From: Asterias rubens
Taxonomy: Eukaryota
NCBI RefSeq assembly: GCF_902459465.1
Contig: NC_047073.1
Coordinates: forward strand, 13,082,001 to 13,146,000
Length of the DNA: 64,000 nucleotides
Direction: 5' to 3'
The notes under the pieces were generated by a model. It was given only the letters and a program-made list of their open reading frames with translations, made no database searches and was not told where the DNA came from. This document shows positions 62,089 through 64,000 of this stretch, piece by piece. Position 1 is the stretch's first letter, and each line of letters opens with the position of its first letter. The translations under genes were made by a program, and so were the position numbers.

Positions 62089-62266
62089 ATGGCACAACCA
62101 AAAGAACAAAAACAATCAACGTCAAGTTGGAAATGGCGCGGTTTGCGTTACATCATTCCTTTTGTAATCTGCATCGAGAATTTCCTTGTGTTTGGATTAT
62201 TGTATAACTACAGCATCTTATTCTTGAGTTTCCAGGAGGAGTTTGGTACTGGCGCTGCATTCACTG
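62089..62266 (+). CDS. First coding exon of an SLC16-like transporter (TM1); the rest lies beyond the window
   Basis: MAQPKEQKQSTSSWKWRGLRYIIPFVICIENFLVFGLLYNYSILFLSFQEEFGTGAAFT resembles SLC16 TM1 (G......F..L..EF....A.T). Donor G|GTGAGT, phase 1. Confidence 0.75.
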
Positions 62267-63110
62267 GTGAGTTAACAATCACCAGTTGGTCAAAATGCTC
62301 GTAAGCGGGTTGATGATTTATTTATAGGCCAAACTAAAATTTGTTTGTTTGCCCATAGTTATTACATACAACTTTAATTGATGGAATGATGCAGCCATAA
62401 AATAGTGTAGGTCTATTTCATGGAATAGTGTTTTCATATAACTCACAATTTCTGTAAAAAAGTAAACCTACGGGATGTTCATTACATTTCTTTTTGTTGT
62501 GAAACCACTCTCAGAGAAACGAACTGAATTGTTATTTTAAACAACTTGGTGTTTACATTATTCTTGTGCATAATACCCATAGAGCTATATATATTGATAT
62601 CAATATATATATAGCGATTTGATAATACCATACAATGTGTTGTTGTCCTGGTACTAATTAGCATAGCATGAATACCATACAATGTGTTGTTGTCCTGGTA
62701 CTAATTAGCATAGCATGCTTTATGAAACCGCTTTGTGTGGTTTCCCGCACTCACGAACGTGACATGCCTGGCGGTCGGCCTTCATTGCGGCGAGGTGAAA
62801 GACCGGCAAGGCGGCGGGTAAATAGTACATAGACCTGGGTGTTACTCATCCATTGGTCACGTAGGATATCTTCAAAAGGGATGGTCGTTCGGTCGATTTA
62901 CTTACTTATGTATTTTTTGGTACATTATATTCAAGAGTATACATATACTCTTGGTATTAAAATACTAATGTCTTTTATTTCACTCGCGCTTTTACTATAT
63001 TCATATTATTATTATTTCAATACACTCAACGGGATCGATGTACAGGCTGATGACCACCATACAATTACAACCATATTATACTCGGGGTTTACTGAGAAGC
63101 GGTTATTGGG

Positions 63111-63496
63111 TTAAAGGCACTGGACACGTTTGGTAAAGAATGTCAAAGACAGTCTCCTTTCGTATCAAAACTATTCATAATAACAGACCTGTGGAAATTT
63201 GAGCTCAAAGTTGTTCGTAGTTTGCAAGAAAATATTGGGGGAAAAACACTTGCTTGCACAAACTATGGTGTGCTTTCAGATACCTGAGAAGAGCTTCAGG
63301 TCTGAAGTTTTTCTCAGATTTAGTCAAATTGTAGTGGGTAGTTACCTCTTTCTCAAAAACTACGTTACTTCCGACGGAGTTGTTTCCCACAAAATGTTTT
63401 ATCAACAGCTCCCCGTGCTTTGCTCGTGACAAAGTAAGTTTGTCTATAGTCCTATGTATATTTTTGAGTAGAACCAAACGTGTCCAGTGCCTTTAC
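63111..63496. mobile_element. MITE family A variant with perfect 20-bp TIRs
   Basis: AGGCACTGGACACGTTTGGT at 63115 and ACCAAACGTGTCCAGTGCCT ending at 63492. Confidence 0.85.
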
Positions 63497-64000
63497 TGAG
63501 TATAACACGGACGAATTCATGCCATTTATGACACAGCACCTGATAAGCAGAAAACACTATCTGAATTTCAATGAAGTCACGTCGTCCTCATCAATCGGGG
63601 TCAACAACTGAGCCAGGTCACAATGCAAACATTATTATCAAATTCAAAGGTCGGTGGAACGCGATACTTTTTTTGTTTCGCTTAGAAAATCGTTCGTATC
63701 AATGTAGAGAAGGATCCTAGTCTGTGATCTTGGCTTTTAGTTTTTACTTGACAGCCAAATCAGTGTTGGTCTCCCCACCAGCCTGGTCTCCCCTTGATCT
63801 CCCGCTTGATCTCCCCATGGAGAAACGAATGATCTCCCCTCGGATGTCATTGTATCGGTATTGGCCTCGGTCTCCCCGGTATCGACTACAACACTGAGCC
63901 AAATACTGGGTGCGTTCGTTTAGCTTCCCTGGGTCGACCCCGGTGTGTGGCGTTTTTTTTTCCCTGGACGAGTGTGTGCAGATAATTACCCACGTTCGTC

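Overview
Intron-rich, AT-rich metazoan genomic DNA. It is most consistent with an invertebrate deuterostome such as a sea star; this is inferred from gene content and repeat style and is not proven. Splicing by hand (GT-AG sites with phase checks) gives eight loci. (1) An NFIL3/E4BP4/vrille-type repressor carrying two complete bZIP domains, behind a cluster of its own D-box sites. (2) TRIR (C19orf43), with an in-frame TGA inside its conserved N-terminal motif. (3) COA7. (4) NDUFA11 on the minus strand, head-to-head with (5) SARAF. (6) A 28-exon, about 1337-aa Tie-like receptor tyrosine kinase with an N-terminal F-type lectin domain, an RPTP-like stalk and a degenerate, possibly catalytically dead kinase. 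(7) The 3' half of an SLC16 transporter on the minus strand, frameshifted and lacking its 5' exons. (8) The first exon of an SLC16 transporter on the plus strand, which may be the inverted missing half of (7). Introns and spacers are crowded with TTAA-flanked (Kolobok/T2-like) and 3-bp-TSD (PIF/Harbinger-like) MITEs and tRNA-derived SINEs. I saw no rRNA, true tRNA genes or CRISPR arrays. Homologue motifs are quoted from memory and no database search was run.
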